Shown piece after piece: positions 11,483 to 21,676 of a DNA stretch of 64,000 nucleotides. The stretch lies in the NCBI GenBank assembly GCA_043821645.1, contig JBDRCO010000051.1, positions 160,001-224,000 on the forward strand, read 5' to 3'. Made by a program: the position numbers and the translations under genes. Position 1 is the stretch's first letter, and every line of letters starts with the position of its first letter. Under the pieces are notes generated by a model. It had not been told where the DNA came from, did no database searches, and worked only from the letters and a program-made list of their open reading frames with translations. This DNA comes from Pseudomonadota bacterium (GTDB taxonomy: Bacteria; Myxococcota; JACRCW01; JAFGSX01).

Positions 11483-13606
11483 GTGACGGTGCACCTGGAT
11501 TTCTTGCACCCGGCCCTCCTCGGTGGCTTGGCCATGGCAGCCTTGCCGCTGCTGATTCACCTGATCTCGCGGCGCAAGGCACGCGACATCCGTTTCGCAG
11601 CCCTCGAATTCGTGCTGCGCTCGACGCGACGCCGCGCACGTCGCATCCAGCTTCGCCAGCTCTTGTTGCTGCTGCTGCGCACCCTGCTCATCTGTGCCGC
11701 CGTGCTGGCAGTCGCGAGTCCGCGCCTGGTCTCGCCGTCTACGACCCCGCTGCAGGCTCCGGCTGCCTTGGCTCTGTGCCTGGATGTCTCTGCCTCGATG
11801 CAGGCCCGTCCCGGTGGGCGCGGTGACACCCTGTTCGAGCTGATGGTGAAGCGTGCCCGGCAGCTGGTGCGCGAACAGGACGTGGGGCTGCCCCTGGCCG
11901 TGTATCTTGCCGGTCCTCAGGTTCGGGCGCTGATCGAGCCTGCCAGCGTCGAGCGCAGCCAGGTGCTGCGCGCCCTCGACGGTCTGCAACCGAGCAACGG
12001 CACGAGTGACCTGAGCCAGTGCGTGCAGCGCGCACAATCGGCGCGTCCTGCCGGAGACGATGCAGGAGCCGTGCGCGTGGTGGTGCTGACCGACGGTGCA
12101 GCCCACGCCTGGTCCTCGGGTGGAGGTCAGGCCCGGGGAATGCGTGTCGAGATCCTGCGCCTGCCCTCGCCTGCCGCTCCACCGCTGGACAACCAGGCAC
12201 TGCGCGACCTGGACGCCGTGGCCTCGACCCAGACGCGGGCCAGCGCGGTCGATGTCCAGGTCTCCGTCGAGCGCTCGGCAAACGAGGGGGATGAAGCGCG
12301 GACCGTGAACGCCACCCTGTCCCTGGGCGATAGACCCCTGGCCCGGGTCACCGCGCTGCTGCAGCCCGGCGCGCGGGCACGCAAGAGCTTCATGCAGGTG
12401 CCACTGCCGGCGGATCTTGGCTCCGAGGTTGTGCTCCGGGTGAGCGTGGAGCCGGACAGCCTGTCCTTTGACGACGAGGTGCTGCTGCCCCTTGAGATCC
12501 CGCGTCCAGTCCAGGTTCTGGTGGTCAACGGCGACCCGCAGACCGTACGGCACCGGGATGAGGTCTTCTACCTCGAACGCGCCCTGTCCGATCCCGACGC
12601 CCAGGGCCGCCGCCTCACCTCTCGCTTCGTGCACGCCGAGAGGATGCACCCCGGCGACGTGGCTGCGGCGGATGTCGTGATCCTGGCCAACACCGAAAGC
12701 GTGAGCGACGACGTGGCCCGCGCGCTGGTGGCACGCGTCCAGGCGGGGGGCGGGCTGCTCATCACCAGCGGCGACCACCTGGATGCCGAGGCCTACAACT
12801 CCACGCTGCGCGAGCTTCTCCCTGGCATGCTGCGCGGTGCCAAGGACACGGCACCCCTCGACGACCCAGCCAGCCACGAGATGCTAGCGCTCGAAGTCGC
12901 TACCCCGGATCACCCCATCTTCACCTCGCTGGGGCAGGACCGCACCACCGGCCTGACCCGCGTGCGCACCCATGGCCTGATGCTCTTCGATCCCGACAGC
13001 CGAGCACCGCGCACGGATCTGCTGCGTTTCAGTAACGGCGCACCAGCCCTCACCGAGCGGCGCGTCGGCAGCGGGGGCGTGCTGCTGCTGTGCACCACCG
13101 TGGACCGGGATTGGAGTGACCTCGCCATTCGCCCCGGCTTCCTGCCCTTGATCGTGCAGTCCCTGCTCTACCTGGCCGACGCCCTCGAGTTGCCGAGACA
13201 ACGACGACACCTGGTGGGGCAGGCGGTCGCCCTGCGTGCACCGCGCGATGCGAAGAACCTGATCGTCGTGGCGCCGGACGGTTCGCGCAGCCGGATCGAG
13301 GCTAGCGGCCCCGCTTTGAGCTTCACGGCCACCGAACAGAGAGGCCTTTACGGTGTGCGTGCGGATCTCGGAGACGATGCCGAGCGGAGCCTCCCGGCCG
13401 AGCGCTTCGTGGTCGAGGTGGACGCGCGGGAGTCGGACACCAGGCTGATCCGCGACGAGGACCTGGCCGGCGCACTGCCCCAGGGCGCCACCCTGGTTGT
13501 CCACGACCCGAGCCAGAAGACGGACCGTCCGCTATGGACCGCACTCCTGGTGCTGCTCGTGTTCGCGCTCGCTGGAGAAGCACTCCTGTCGCGCCGCAGC
13601 TCCTGA
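11483..13606 (+). CDS. BatA-type N-terminal double-TM domain plus VWA membrane protein
   Basis: FLHPALL..LPLLIHL..RR..F..LEF N-terminus, DVSASM MIDAS, VLTDG, C-terminal TM with RR tail. Start is 11483 or 11489. Confidence 0.88.
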   Translation: MTVHLDFLHPALLGGLAMAALPLLIHLISRRKARDIRFAALEFVLRSTRRRARRIQLRQLLLLLLRTLLICAAVLAVASPRLVSPSTTPLQAPAALALCLDVSASMQARPGGRGDTLFELMVKRARQLVREQDVGLPLAVYLAGPQVRALIEPASVERSQVLRALDGLQPSNGTSDLSQCVQRAQSARPAGDDAGAVRVVVLTDGAAHAWSSGGGQARGMRVEILRLPSPAAPPLDNQALRDLDAVASTQTRASAVDVQVSVERSANEGDEARTVNATLSLGDRPLARVTALLQPGARARKSFMQVPLPADLGSEVVLRVSVEPDSLSFDDEVLLPLEIPRPVQVLVVNGDPQTVRHRDEVFYLERALSDPDAQGRRLTSRFVHAERMHPGDVAAADVVILANTESVSDDVARALVARVQAGGGLLITSGDHLDAEAYNSTLRELLPGMLRGAKDTAPLDDPASHEMLALEVATPDHPIFTSLGQDRTTGLTRVRTHGLMLFDPDSRAPRTDLLRFSNGAPALTERRVGSGGVLLLCTTVDRDWSDLAIRPGFLPLIVQSLLYLADALELPRQRRHLVGQAVALRAPRDAKNLIVVAPDGSRSRIEASGPALSFTATEQRGLYGVRADLGDDAERSLPAERFVVEVDARESDTRLIRDEDLAGALPQGATLVVHDPSQKTDRPLWTALLVLLVFALAGEALLSRRSS

Positions 13607-13610
13607 ATCC

Positions 13611-13639
13611 TTGCGCGCGCGCGCGGCTCTCGTTACATC
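13611..13639 (+). promoter_or_regulatory. Putative sigma70-type promoter for the small selenoprotein transcript
   Basis: TTGCGC (13611-16), 17-bp spacer, TACATC (13634-39). The predicted start (~13645) coincides with the 5' end of the structured leader. Confidence 0.5.
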
Positions 13640-13644
13640 ATGAT

Positions 13645-13761
13645 GGTCAGTTTCCTCCTGCCGGAAGGTCGGTCGTCTCGAGGCGGCCGGCCTTCCGGTG
13701 GCCCTCCTGTCACTCAACGCAACCTGCGATTCGAGGAAACCCTCGTCGCGGCGGCCTGACC
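13645..13761 (+). promoter_or_regulatory. Structured 5' leader RNA (candidate cis-regulatory element)
   Basis: Closing stem GGTCAG/CTGACC. 17-bp hairpin at 13661-13698 with three U.G pairs. Second hairpin at 13726-13749. Ends immediately before the GAGGA RBS. Confidence 0.6.
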
Positions 13762-13770
13762 GAGGAACGC

Positions 13771-13974
13771 ATGCCCGACTGGCTGTTCTCCGTGCTCTTC
13801 ATCGGTGGCTGGCTGTTTCTGCAGCTCTACCTGCTGCCCCGCCTCGGCGTCCCCACCTGAATGTCAGGTGCCTGCCGCGTGCCGGCAGCTCGACCAGAAT
13901 CCGTGCCCGAGCAACCGGGCCCGACAGATGTGACTCAGAGTGCTGGATCCGGCGCAGAGTCCCGGAGTCCCTGA
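13771..13974 (+). CDS. Small single-pass membrane protein, probable selenoprotein (Sec at TGA 13858-13860; 67 aa read-through, 29 aa if terminated)
   Basis: RBS GAGGA, then MPDWLFSVLFIGGWLFLQLYLLPRLGVPT-TGA-MSGACRVP...; SECIS-like hairpin loop begins 17 nt after the TGA. Confidence 0.65.
13872..13888 (+). promoter_or_regulatory. Putative bacterial SECIS hairpin
   Basis: CTGCCG-CGTGC-CGGCAG: 6-bp stem with G at loop position 2. Confidence 0.55.
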
Positions 13975-14608
13975 AGAACCTGCTCGAAGACCTCGGGCAC
14001 CGCGCACCGGAGCTGCAGCTTCACCCCGCTGTCCCGTCCGAGTGCGAGAGCCTGGGCGTGCAGCAGCAGGCGAGGATAGCTCGCTTGCGGCGCAGCCTCT
14101 CCGTACCGCCCGTCGCCAGCTATGGGGTGGCCGAGCGAAAAAAAATGCGCGCGCAGCTGGTGGCGGCGTCCGGTTTCCGGACTGGCCTGGACCAGGGTGT
14201 GCGCGGGCAGCCGTTCCAGTACCTTGTAGCCCGTGACGGCCGGCTTACCTCGCCGGGTGTCCACGGCCACCCGCCCCGATCCGAACTGGCGCAGGGGCAG
14301 CTCGATGAGGCCGTTCTCGTCGGCCACCACACCCACGAGCAGAGCCTGGTAGGTCTTGTGCACCTGCCTGTGCTCGAACCGCAAATTCAACTCGCGATGG
14401 ACCTCGGCGGTGCGGGCAAAGAGCATCAGCCCGCTCGCATCCTTGTCGAGGCGATGCACCACCCATACCGCTTGTCCCAGTTCCGCCTCCAGCCAGCTGC
14501 GCGCCGAGGGGAGCGGGAGATCGCGTTCGGGAATGGAGGCCAGACCCGCAGGCTTGTCGATGGCCACCACCTCATCGTCAAGGTGGAGCACGACTGGGGT
14601 CGGGCTGC

Positions 14609-14612
<4 letters not shown>
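13935..14612 (-). CDS. RluA-family pseudouridine synthase
   Basis: IDKPAGL, VHRLDKDASGL (catalytic Asp), TGRRHQLRAH, GHPIAGDGRYG. GTGA overlap with the glmS stop. Confidence 0.93.
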
Positions 14613-16441
<1,829 letters not shown>

Positions 16442-16514
16442 CGAATGTCACCCCTGGCGCGAGACCCGCGCGTCCTGCAAAGCCTGTAATGGTGCGCCGA
16501 AGCCGTGGAGTTGT

Positions 16515-17141
16515 TCAAGGGCTGTCTGGTCTCGACGAGGATCCTCCCGCATCGCTGTGCTCCACAGCATCGAGGGCCGCAAGGATCTCCACCACCGCCG
16601 GGCGCACCTTGTACGAACTCTCGAGGTGGGCCCAACCCACCCGTCCAGCGCGATCGATGATGAACACCGCGGGCCAGGCGGTCTCGTTGGGCTCGTCGAG
16701 AACGCCGTACGCCCGAAGGACCCTCGCCTCGGGGTCGGCGAGCAGCGGGAAGGTGAGATCCAGGCGCGTTGCCAGGAGCTGTGCTTGCTCGAGATTCTGC
16801 CCGGAGATGGCCACCAGGCTCGCACCGCGTTGCTCGAAGGCGGCCAGGTCGCGTTGCAGCTCCCCGAGCTGCTGGCGGCAGTGTGGTCACCACCCGCCAC
16901 GGTAGAAGATCAAGATCGCAGGCCCCTGGGCAAGGGCGTCGTGCAAGGACCAGGGCCCCCTGTTCCCCTCCAGCTCGATCGCAGGTGCGTTGAATCCCAT
17001 CGCCAGTGCACGCTGCTGTATCCCCGCTGGCCGGGTATCGCGCATGGCTTGCATCGGAACCTCGCTCAGCTGGGCGACGGTGCTGCAGGCCAGGAACCCG
17101 CTCAACCACACGACGTGTGCAAGACCGAAGGCAGGTCGCAT
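16515..17141 (-). CDS. AhpC/TSA (peroxiredoxin-like) lipoprotein, probable selenoprotein with UxxC active site (TGA at 16887-16889)
   Basis: ORFs 16887..17168 and 16515..16814 are one frame: LIFYRGGW-TGA-PHCRQQLGEL...FPLLADP...PAVFIID. GGAGG RBS before ATG 17141; lipobox FLA-C. Confidence 0.9.
16856..16872 (-). promoter_or_regulatory. Putative bacterial SECIS hairpin
   Basis: Minus strand GCAGCTC-GGG-GAGCTGC: perfect 7-bp stem with a G-rich loop; stem starts 14 nt after the TGA. Confidence 0.75.
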
Positions 17142-17271
17142 GCATCGATCCTCCTGCAGCCAAGGCACATAGCGCGTGGCTCCCGCCGCTGCACCGGGCG
17201 CCGCAAGCCTGCACGGAGAAAGATGGAGCCGAGATCAGGCGCTGGGGCAGAACACGACTCGCGCCGTGTCT

Positions 17272-18588
17272 TTACACTGCGTCCAGCGCCGCCTCGAGGT
17301 CGCGCAGGATGTCGTTGACCTGCTCGTTGCCCACGCTGAGCCGGATGCCTCCGGGATCGATCCCTGCCTCGACCTGGGCCTGGGCAGGCAGTGCCGCATG
17401 GGTCATGGAGCCTGGATGCTCGATGAGGGTGCGAATCTGTCCCAGGCTCACCGCGAGGGTCATGGCGTAGGCGTTCTCGGCCACGTGGTTGATCAAACGC
17501 TCGCCGGCCGCACGCGAGGCCTCGACGTCCTCCCCCTTGAGCACGAAGTAGATCAGGCTACCCGGCGCGAAGTTGTCCTCATAATCGCGCATCTGGTCGT
17601 GAGCCAGCCGGTACTGAGGGAAACTCTTGAGCCCCGGGTAGCGCACACGCTCGATCTTCGGGTGGCGGTCGAGGAAACTGGCGATGACCATGGCCGACTC
17701 CTGCTGCTGCTTGAGGCGCATGGGCAGGGTGGGCAGGCCGTAGACCAGGATGGACCAGGCGGCCGTCGAGGCCAGGCTGGCCCCGATGTCCTTGCGAAAC
17801 AGCACCAGGTCCGACAGCAGGGCGTGGTCCTTGTAAATGACCGCGCCGCCCATGGCAGTGCCAAAGCCGCAGATGTTCTTGGTCAGACTCTCGACCACGA
17901 AATCCGCGCCCAGCTTGAGCGGGCGCTGCCCGAAGGGCGTGGCAAAGGTATTGTCGACGACGACGAGGGTGCGTTTCTTGTCGGCGCGGCGCTGGTTGAA
18001 GGCACGCACGCGCTCGACGACACCGGCGATGTCCACGATCTCCAGGATGGGATTGCTCGGGGTCTCGAAGTAGACCGCGGCCACGGTCTCATCGAGGCAG
18101 CGCTCCAGATCGTCCTGGCAGTTCAGGTCGACCAGATCCACGTCGATGCCAAAGCGTGGCAGCCAGTTGGTCAACAGCGAGTAGGTGCAGCCGTACAGCG
18201 TGCGATGAGCGATGATGCGCTGGCCCTTGCGCGCTGCAGTGAGCAAGGCTCCCGAGATCGCGGCCATGCCACTGGCGAAGCACACCGCGCCCTGACCGCC
18301 CTCGGCAAAGGCCAGGCGCTCCTCGAGCATGCCCCGGGTGGGCTCATCCAGACGCTCGTAGATGTAGATGGGATCCGCGTCCTCACCCGGTTCGGTGTCC
18401 ATCTGAGGTGGCACGCCGAACAGCTGGAATCCGCGAGCGCCGCGGGCAGCGGTCGACAGTCGGTACGTCGACGACGAGGTCAAGGGCGGTACGACGTGGT
18501 GCGTGTAGTCCCACTTGGGGCTGTTGAAGCGGCCATGAATGAGCAAGCTGGACAGGTGATAGAAACCTTCGCGCACTTTTTCGAACAT
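17272..18588 (-). CDS. PLP-dependent trans-sulfuration family enzyme, methionine gamma-lyase-like
   Basis: YIYERL, FASGMAAI, LYGCT (MGL-type Cys), ETPSNP, VDNTFATP, SLTK PLP lysine, AVSLG, IRLSVG. ATG 18588 with GAGG RBS. Confidence 0.88.
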   Translation of the reverse strand: MFEKVREGFYHLSSLLIHGRFNSPKWDYTHHVVPPLTSSSTYRLSTAARGARGFQLFGVPPQMDTEPGEDADPIYIYERLDEPTRGMLEERLAFAEGGQGAVCFASGMAAISGALLTAARKGQRIIAHRTLYGCTYSLLTNWLPRFGIDVDLVDLNCQDDLERCLDETVAAVYFETPSNPILEIVDIAGVVERVRAFNQRRADKKRTLVVVDNTFATPFGQRPLKLGADFVVESLTKNICGFGTAMGGAVIYKDHALLSDLVLFRKDIGASLASTAAWSILVYGLPTLPMRLKQQQESAMVIASFLDRHPKIERVRYPGLKSFPQYRLAHDQMRDYEDNFAPGSLIYFVLKGEDVEASRAAGERLINHVAENAYAMTLAVSLGQIRTLIEHPGSMTHAALPAQAQVEAGIDPGGIRLSVGNEQVNDILRDLEAALDAV

Positions 18589-18776
18589 GGTATCGCCTCG
18601 CTTGCGTGACGGGACACCCCCCGGCCCACACGCGCTCCCGGCACATACCACAACGCCCTCGTGCTGTTGAGCGACGACGTCAGGGCTCGGGAAGGCTACC
18701 TGGGAGCCGGATCAGGCCTGCACCGAACGGCGTCGCACGAGGGCGGGGGCTGGCACCGAAGCTCGAAGTCGGGACC

Positions 18777-19631
18777 TCAGAAGCTGACCGGGACCACCGG
18801 CACGGCCTGGCCCGGTTCCGGAGCGGGGGCGTGGATGCTGTCGTCCTCGGAGCTGTTGGCCAGCAGGCCCAGCATCTCTCGCGGCGCCAGGTCCGAGACC
18901 ATGGAGTACACCGTGCCATGACGACGCCAGACCACCACGTTGAAGCCCGAGCGTCGCTCCATCAGCAGCGGGCGTCCCTCGGGGCGCGGCAGCCGCTCGT
19001 CGTCGACGTTGTAGCGGCCCTGGGGATCGGGCACCGCAATGATCGAGATCTTGGAGCGCGGCGTGCCGTAAACCAGGTAGGCCGCGGACTGGCGCTCCAT
19101 CTTGACCACGCGAGCACCGCGCAGGGACACCTTGGCCGAGCGGAAGATGGGTACCTCGAGGGCGTGGCTGAGGTGACGGCTGAGCAGGCGCTGGATGCGC
19201 AACGGGTCCTGCGAGGCGTAGTCCATGACCAGGTTGTCGGTGTGACGCTCGACCGACTCGGCGACGATGGGCGTGACCGCGTTGGTGGTGTTGACCGTGA
19301 ACAGGGCGATGACCGCGGCGGTGACACCCAGGGGCACAGCCAGACGCACGGCGCGGTGGGCAGAGCGATCGCGCCGGGCACGACGCTGGATGCGGCGGGT
19401 CAGGTCGGGCGGTGTGCAGCGCTCGTCACTCAGGCGCACGGCCGTGCTGAGCTGGGCCTTGAAGTGGCGCTGAGCGAGCACCTGCTGAGCACAGTCGGCG
19501 CAGGCGGCCAGGTGGGCGTCGATGGCGATCTGCTCGCCGTGCTCGAACTCACCGTCGACCACCATGGCCAGCAACGGACGCAGCTCGTGGCAGGCAATAC
19601 CGCCAGGGGGCATGGAATCCCTCTCACGCAT
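18777..19631 (-). CDS. Zinc-finger (ZAS, HxxxCxxC) transmembrane anti-sigma factor
   Basis: CHELRPLL...HLAACADC, single TM helix, extracytoplasmic C-domain; 3 bp downstream of the sigma gene. Confidence 0.88.
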   Translation of the reverse strand: MRERDSMPPGGIACHELRPLLAMVVDGEFEHGEQIAIDAHLAACADCAQQVLAQRHFKAQLSTAVRLSDERCTPPDLTRRIQRRARRDRSAHRAVRLAVPLGVTAAVIALFTVNTTNAVTPIVAESVERHTDNLVMDYASQDPLRIQRLLSRHLSHALEVPIFRSAKVSLRGARVVKMERQSAAYLVYGTPRSKISIIAVPDPQGRYNVDDERLPRPEGRPLLMERRSGFNVVVWRRHGTVYSMVSDLAPREMLGLLANSSEDDSIHAPAPEPGQAVPVVPVSF

Positions 19632-19634
19632 GCG

Positions 19635-20294
19635 TCACTCCCCCCCGCTGCCGCTGCGGGCGCGGCGCTGGCGATAGGTGTCGAGGTCCGCCGGGGCTCC
19701 CTCCTGGCCATCGCGTTCGGGGTGCAGGATCCCCTCCTGCACGGCGTAGTCAAACAGCTGCTCCTGGAGCAGGCGCCGGCCGCGATACAGCCGGCTCATC
19801 ACGGTGCCCACCGGGCAACCCAGCATGTCGGCGATCTCCTTGTACGAGAACTCGTGCACGTCGGCGAGCAGGACCACGGTACGAAAGTCCACCGGCACCT
19901 GGTCCAGCGCCCTGGTCACCTCGTCGGAGAGCTGGACGTCCACCAGGGCCGCCTCGGGGTTCAGGGTCGGCAGGTTGGAACTGGGCGAGATCAGGTGATT
20001 TCGCACCACGTCCTCGTCCACGCCCTCGAGGATCTCGCGTTCCTTGACCCGGCGCCGGTACTTGTTGATGAAGGTGTTGGTCAGGATGCGAAACAGCCAG
20101 GCCTTGAGATTGGTGCCGGGCTCGAAGCGGTCCGAGAAGCGGAAGGCGCGCAGGTAGGTTTCCTGGACCAGATCCTCGGCATCGCCAGCGTTTCGGGTCA
20201 TGCGCAGACCCGCGCCATACAGGGCTCGGGCGTGCTCGAGAGCCTGGGACTCGAAGTTCCGCCGCTCTTTTTCACGCCTGAACAGTCCCAGCAT
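19635..20294 (-). CDS. ECF sigma factor, SigR/SigH-like
   Basis: [55 protein letters not shown]. Confidence 0.95.
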   Translation of the reverse strand: MLGLFRREKERRNFESQALEHARALYGAGLRMTRNAGDAEDLVQETYLRAFRFSDRFEPGTNLKAWLFRILTNTFINKYRRRVKEREILEGVDEDVVRNHLISPSSNLPTLNPEAALVDVQLSDEVTRALDQVPVDFRTVVLLADVHEFSYKEIADMLGCPVGTVMSRLYRGRRLLQEQLFDYAVQEGILHPERDGQEGAPADLDTYRQRRARSGSGGE

Positions 20295-20325
20295 CGGCGT
20301 TGCCCTTTCCCTGATCTGCCTGCAC

Positions 20326-20351
20326 AACCCCTGGGATGGTTGGATTATTCC
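20326..20351 (-). promoter_or_regulatory. Putative autoregulatory ECF promoter GGAAT-N18-GTT
   Basis: Minus strand GGAAT-aatccaaccatcccaggg-GTT, ~30 bp upstream of the sigma ATG; matches the SigR/SigH consensus. Confidence 0.7.
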
Positions 20352-20461
20352 AGTCTGCCACGGATCTCCCAGCTTTTCCCGCCCCCGGGCGGCGCTGCAG
20401 CACTTGCCGCTGACCGAGGCAGCGCGTTACTCAAGGGGCTGCCCCACGCAAGGAGTCCGTC

Positions 20462-21676
20462 ATGGCCACCCCGGAACGCGCGCCCATCCAGCCTGCCAGC
20501 CGCACCCACGACATCACCTACGCGGTGCGCGACATCGTGGTGCTGGCGCGAGAGGTGGCACGCGGCGGTCGCGAGCTGCTCTACCTGAACATCGGAGACC
20601 CCAACCAGTTCGACTTCGAAACCCCGGCGCACCTGGTCGAGGCCGTGCACCGCGCCATGTGCGACAACCACAATGGCTATTCGGCCTCCGAGGGCATCCC
20701 CGACGCCGTCGAGGCCATCCGCCGCCAGGCCGCGCGCAGCGGCATCACAGGCGTACGCGACATCTTCGTTTCGACCGGGGCCAGCGAGGCCATCGAGATC
20801 GCCCTCACCGCTCTCGCCGAACCCGGGGACAACATCCTCACGCCCTCGCCCGGCTACCCGCTGTACACCGCGGTGCTGAGCAAGCTGGGCGTCCACAACA
20901 ACCCCTACTACCTCGACGAGGCCAACGGCTGGCAACCTGACCTTGACGACCTGGCCCACAAGATCAACGCGCGCACCCGGGCCATCGTGATCATCAATCC
21001 CAACAATCCCACGGGGTCGGTCGCCACCCGCGAGACCCTGCAAGGCCTCGCCAAGCTGGCCATCGAACGCAACCTGGTCGTGTTCTCCGATGAGATCTAC
21101 GACAAGCTGATCCTGGGAGACGCCCAGCACGTGTCCATCGCCTCGCTGAACCCGGACCTGTGCTGCCTCACCTTCAACGGCCTGTCCAAGTCCTACCTGG
21201 CGCCGGGCTTCCGCATCGGATGGTCCATCAGCAGTGGCCCCGAGAAGCAGCTTCGCCCCTTCATCGACGCCATGCAGAAGATCACCCGCGCCCGCCTGTG
21301 CGCCAACCACCCCATGCAGTTCGCCATCGCGCCGGCCCTCGACGGCGACCAGTCGCACCTGGTCGAGGTCAAGCGCAAGCTCACCGCGCGCCGCGATCTG
21401 ACCGTGCGCATGCTCAACGAGATCCCTGGGGTCTCCTGCGTGAAGCCGCGGGGCGCCTTCTACGCCTTTCCGCGCATCGAGCTCGGCGTCGAGGACAAAC
21501 CCTTCGTCGAGGACATGTTGCGCGCCACCGGCGTGGTCTGCGTCCACGGCTCGGGGTTTGGGCAGAAGCCAGGCACCGCGCACTTCCGCATCGTGTTCCT
21601 GCCCCCCGAGGACGTCCTCACGCGCTCCTACCAAGCCATGGCCACGTTCGTGGCGTCGTGCCCACCCCGCGCGTGA
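20462..21676 (+). CDS. Class I/II PLP aminotransferase (AlaA-like)
   Basis: LNIGDP, INPNNPTG, SDEIYD, FNGLSKSY..PGFRIGW, GAFYAF. Confidence 0.92.
   Translation: MATPERAPIQPASRTHDITYAVRDIVVLAREVARGGRELLYLNIGDPNQFDFETPAHLVEAVHRAMCDNHNGYSASEGIPDAVEAIRRQAARSGITGVRDIFVSTGASEAIEIALTALAEPGDNILTPSPGYPLYTAVLSKLGVHNNPYYLDEANGWQPDLDDLAHKINARTRAIVIINPNNPTGSVATRETLQGLAKLAIERNLVVFSDEIYDKLILGDAQHVSIASLNPDLCCLTFNGLSKSYLAPGFRIGWSISSGPEKQLRPFIDAMQKITRARLCANHPMQFAIAPALDGDQSHLVEVKRKLTARRDLTVRMLNEIPGVSCVKPRGAFYAFPRIELGVEDKPFVEDMLRATGVVCVHGSGFGQKPGTAHFRIVFLPPEDVLTRSYQAMATFVASCPPRA

Noticed and set aside
13613-13624. (GC)6 tract in the promoter spacer as a phase-variation switch
   Set aside because: Short GC dinucleotide runs are expected at this GC content, and there is no evidence of length variation.
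13640-13759. 39-codon upstream ORF (MMVSFLLPEG...) across the structured leader
   Set aside because: No RBS, and its ATGs lie at or before the predicted transcription start. RNA structure explains the sequence better, though it is not fully excluded.
16442-16514. glmS ribozyme upstream of glmS
   Set aside because: Only 73 bp of intergenic space and no recognisable ribozyme core.
16515-17168. Peroxiredoxin as a nonsense pseudogene or two separate genes
   Set aside because: The stop is TGA exactly at the catalytic Cys position, a SECIS-like hairpin follows, and both halves are intact.
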